Positions 61,120 through 64,000 of a stretch of 64,000 nucleotides of DNA are shown piece after piece (positions within the stretch are counted from its first letter, which is position 1; each line of letters begins with the position of its first letter). The notes below the pieces were generated by a model. It worked only from the letters and a program-made list of their open reading frames with translations. It was not told where the DNA came from and made no database searches. Made by a program: the position numbers and the translations under genes. The stretch is from Chara braunii (Eukaryota; Plantae; Charophyceae): assembly GCA_003427395.1 (NCBI GenBank), contig BFEA01000021.1, positions 309,873-373,872 on the forward strand, written 5' to 3'.

Positions 61120-61190
61120 GATCTGATTCGAACTCAGGCAGGTCTATACTATGTCAACAGTGCACGTGTTAACCAACCGAGCTAGGCCCA
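61120..61190 (-). pseudogene. tRNA-derived pseudogene or SINE head (Val-GAC-like); a weaker relative lies at about 50908-50980
   Basis: Reverse complement GGGCCTAGCTCGGTTGGTTAACACGTGCACTGTTGACATAGTATAGACCTGCCTGAGTTCGAATCAGATC has A and B boxes. Confidence 0.55.
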
Positions 61191-61873
61191 GTGGTTCTTC
61201 AAACTATAACTGTTCTTAGCTACTCGTACTCACCAAATGTGCAAAAAATGAGAATGAATCTTCCACTAGAACATGGAAACATACATCGCTAGAATATGTT
61301 TGGTCTTTTGTGGCATGTAATGGAGTGAAGCCACATATGTGGTACCTGTTAATTCCCTTTTGATTTATTGTGTGTGCTCAGTTGCCTGAATATGCAGGTT
61401 TTGCCGCTCTCCACTGCTCACCAAATGTGCGGAAAATGAGAATGAATCTTCCGCTAGAACATGGAAACATACATCGCTATATCTGGTACCTGTTAATCCG
61501 CTTTTGACTGATTTTGTGTGCTTGGTTGCTCTAATCTGCAGGCTCTGGTGACTGTGTCTTGCAAGTCTTCCTTTTTTTTTTTTTTTTAACTTTTTGAAAC
61601 TTGTTTTTTTTTGTTTTTGCATTCCTTTTGCACCACCACTACCTTTCTCACTGTGATGCGAAGTCGTTATAATAGCCCACTCCTAAACGATTGCCGATGC
61701 GCCGCGGGTGATATTTTTCAGCGGCGGCGATTGGCCTCCAAATTTGAAACTAGAGGCCCGCGGTCCGACATATGGGCAAGGTAGTGGTGGTTTAAGAGGA
61801 CGTCCTTCGTTCAAAGCTTAAACTATACTAGTTGCTGGATCTGTTCTAAACCTGGGTCCTCTGCACATGATCA

Positions 61874-61914
<41 letters not shown>

Positions 61915-62428
61915 AGAGACGAAAAAAAGAGAGCATGACCGTCTGGTGATAACCGACGTTATCCCTAGACGACAGGGTATCTGGCAGATAATAGGGTTGC
62001 ACAGTTTGTTGCTTTTTTTTTTATATCTTTCCAAACCCTTTCGCAAGGCTACTATCCCGGCAGTGATGAGAGAACCACCAGAATTGAGGCTTTGGCTGTC
62101 GGGCTGCTTCAGCTATTGGTGGGGAGCAACACCTGCTGGAAACCTGAACCAGGCAGTCCTAAGGAGATCAACTGGCAGAAGCCAACGCCACGGGCACAGC
62201 AGTAAAGATGATTCCCATTGAGGAGGGCAAGTGAGCTATTGGAGGTTATCCTGTTGAAAACCACTAGTACTTGGAGCAGCTATCGAAGCCGAGCCTTCAT
62301 CAACCCGGCGCGGCGCCACGTTTTACCCAAGCGCCGCCGCGGTGCCTTTTTGTTTTTGCAGCCTCCAGCCAATGTGGTCCATGGGGAGGAACTTCCTTTT
62401 TCCTTTTTCTTTTTCTTTTTCTTTTTCT

Positions 62429-62495
<67 letters not shown>

Positions 62496-62601
62496 CAACA
62501 AGGAAGCGCAGAGGGGAGAGCAGATCTGCGAGGAGGGTGGACTACTACATGGCAAATTGAATTACATGTAGAGGGGGTCCGCTAGTTTTCTATCAATTAC
62601 G

Positions 62602-62809
62602 TAGCTAAGTACTATAACCGTAGCCATAATAATACCTAAGTAGAGATGGATCTTCAAAGAAAGAAAATGAGAAACTCTACCTCTAGGCGTACAAAGATGG
62701 GATGGGCTCATCTTTGTACGGCTAGAGGTAAGAGTTTTTCATTTTCCTTCTTTGAAGATCCATCTCTACTTAGGTATTATCGTACGGCCACGGTTATGGT
62801 ACTTAGCTA
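62602..62809. mobile_element. Near-perfect 208-bp foldback (TA-flanked MITE)
   Basis: tagctaagtac...atacctaagtagagatggatcttcaaag...cgtacaaagatg pairs with catctttgtacg...ctttgaagatccatctctacttaggtat...gtacttagcta. Confidence 0.85.
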
Positions 62810-63765
62810 AGGATATAGATGTATTGCGACTGAAACTCGTCGGGATGGGAATGCTGTGCTATCGATTCGATCATGATTGACCTTGAGGTGAGCGTCTCTT
62901 TGAGACTTCTCGGAGATCCGTGTCTAGAATAGCTCATGGCAACGTCACTCGGATATGGCTATGACTATTCTTGAGCTGTCCTGGCATGCGGGGTATGAAC
63001 TGAAACTTGCTGGGAATGGGTATGGCGATTTCAGTTTGCTGTGTTGTGTCCAGAGAGGGACTTGTTTGCAAATAGCCTGAAATAGGCATGGCGACGAAAA
63101 AAAAGAAATGTGGATGTGAATGGTCGAGTAGTCTGTTTGCAGTTGTTGTGATGAACTACGTTCGGCGAACGAGGTGCCGAAGGGCTTTGCGAGCAGTCGT
63201 GTTGTTGCCTTTCCAGCACCACACCTGGACAGTACGGCGATGCCATTCGGCTATGCCTGTGTTGATTGAATTGAGATTGGATATGCGTTGGCCACAGAGG
63301 TGAGTTTGCCTTTGTTTCTCTTGCAAGATGCATGTGTAGGTGCAGTTTCAGTGTCGGTGTTGTTTCTGTGTGAGCTTCATTCGATCGAAATCAGACTCTT
63401 TCTCACAATGGAGGCAACTTCGTCATTGTGACTCTTTTAAACCACTAGTACCTTTGGCGTTTTGTTTCCACAAGTTTTAGCCTATTCCCAAACTTTTAGC
63501 AGGCCGGGCCTGACAAGGTCGGACTGATCTGACCGATCGGCGGCTGCCGTTGATAAATCTGACTGATCGGCGGCTGTCGTTTCGTTCCGGCCTGCTCCTG
63601 AAAGGTCAGAGGCCCAGTTCTATCCGAACCGACAAAGGAACAAGTGGCTTAAAGATCGACTTAAAAAAATAAAAATACAAAATAAAAATAAAAAAATCCA
63701 TGTTTACATGGCTACAATAGCGGAGCTATGGTCATATTGTGGACATGGCTATATGGAATTAAATT

Positions 63766-63895
63766 AATAGAGACCGGAATAGAGATCGGATACGCGGTCG
63801 TAATAGAGGTGACACCACAGCTATATTGGTGACCGGATACGCGGTCGTAATAGAGACCGGAATAGAGACCGGAATAGAGACCGGATACGCGATCA
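63766..63895. repeat. Short tandem repeats (TAGAGACCGGAA and GGATACGCGGTCGTAATAGAG) before a terminal (CT)n tract
   Basis: Seen directly. Confidence 0.75.
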
Positions 63896-63934
63896 AATCT
63901 GGATTCTCTCTCTCTGAGTTCTGTTTTGGGTCCG

Positions 63935-64000
<66 letters not shown>

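Overview
Eukaryotic, very repeat-rich nuclear DNA with microsatellites and assembly gaps. Gene content and repeat style best fit a green plant or streptophyte alga such as Chara (inference). There are two convincing single-exon host genes: a plastid-type conserved protein (52050-52865) and importin-9 (56190-59375). The rest is mostly transposon-derived: three decayed L1-clade LINEs (one full-length with a 15-bp TSD), several MITE families, three U6 snRNA pseudo-copies and tRNA-derived SINE-like pieces. The most unusual items are: (i) a 7.35-kb TGTCG...CGACA element with a CCGG target duplication, gag/protease remnants and no LTRs, which splits a LINE ORF1 and carries about 10 covarying stem-loops with an invariant RAACTTAT loop; (ii) type III hammerhead-ribozyme motifs sharing a CAGACTGT/ACAGTCTG stem III in repeats with split-direct or inverted termini, plus a Penelope-type minimal type I hammerhead; (iii) a Ginger-like TGT...ACA long-TIR element carrying tandem RING-variant zinc fingers; (iv) an uncharacterised domain conserved at the C-terminus of ORF1 in all three LINEs. 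All calls were made by eye; no searches were run.
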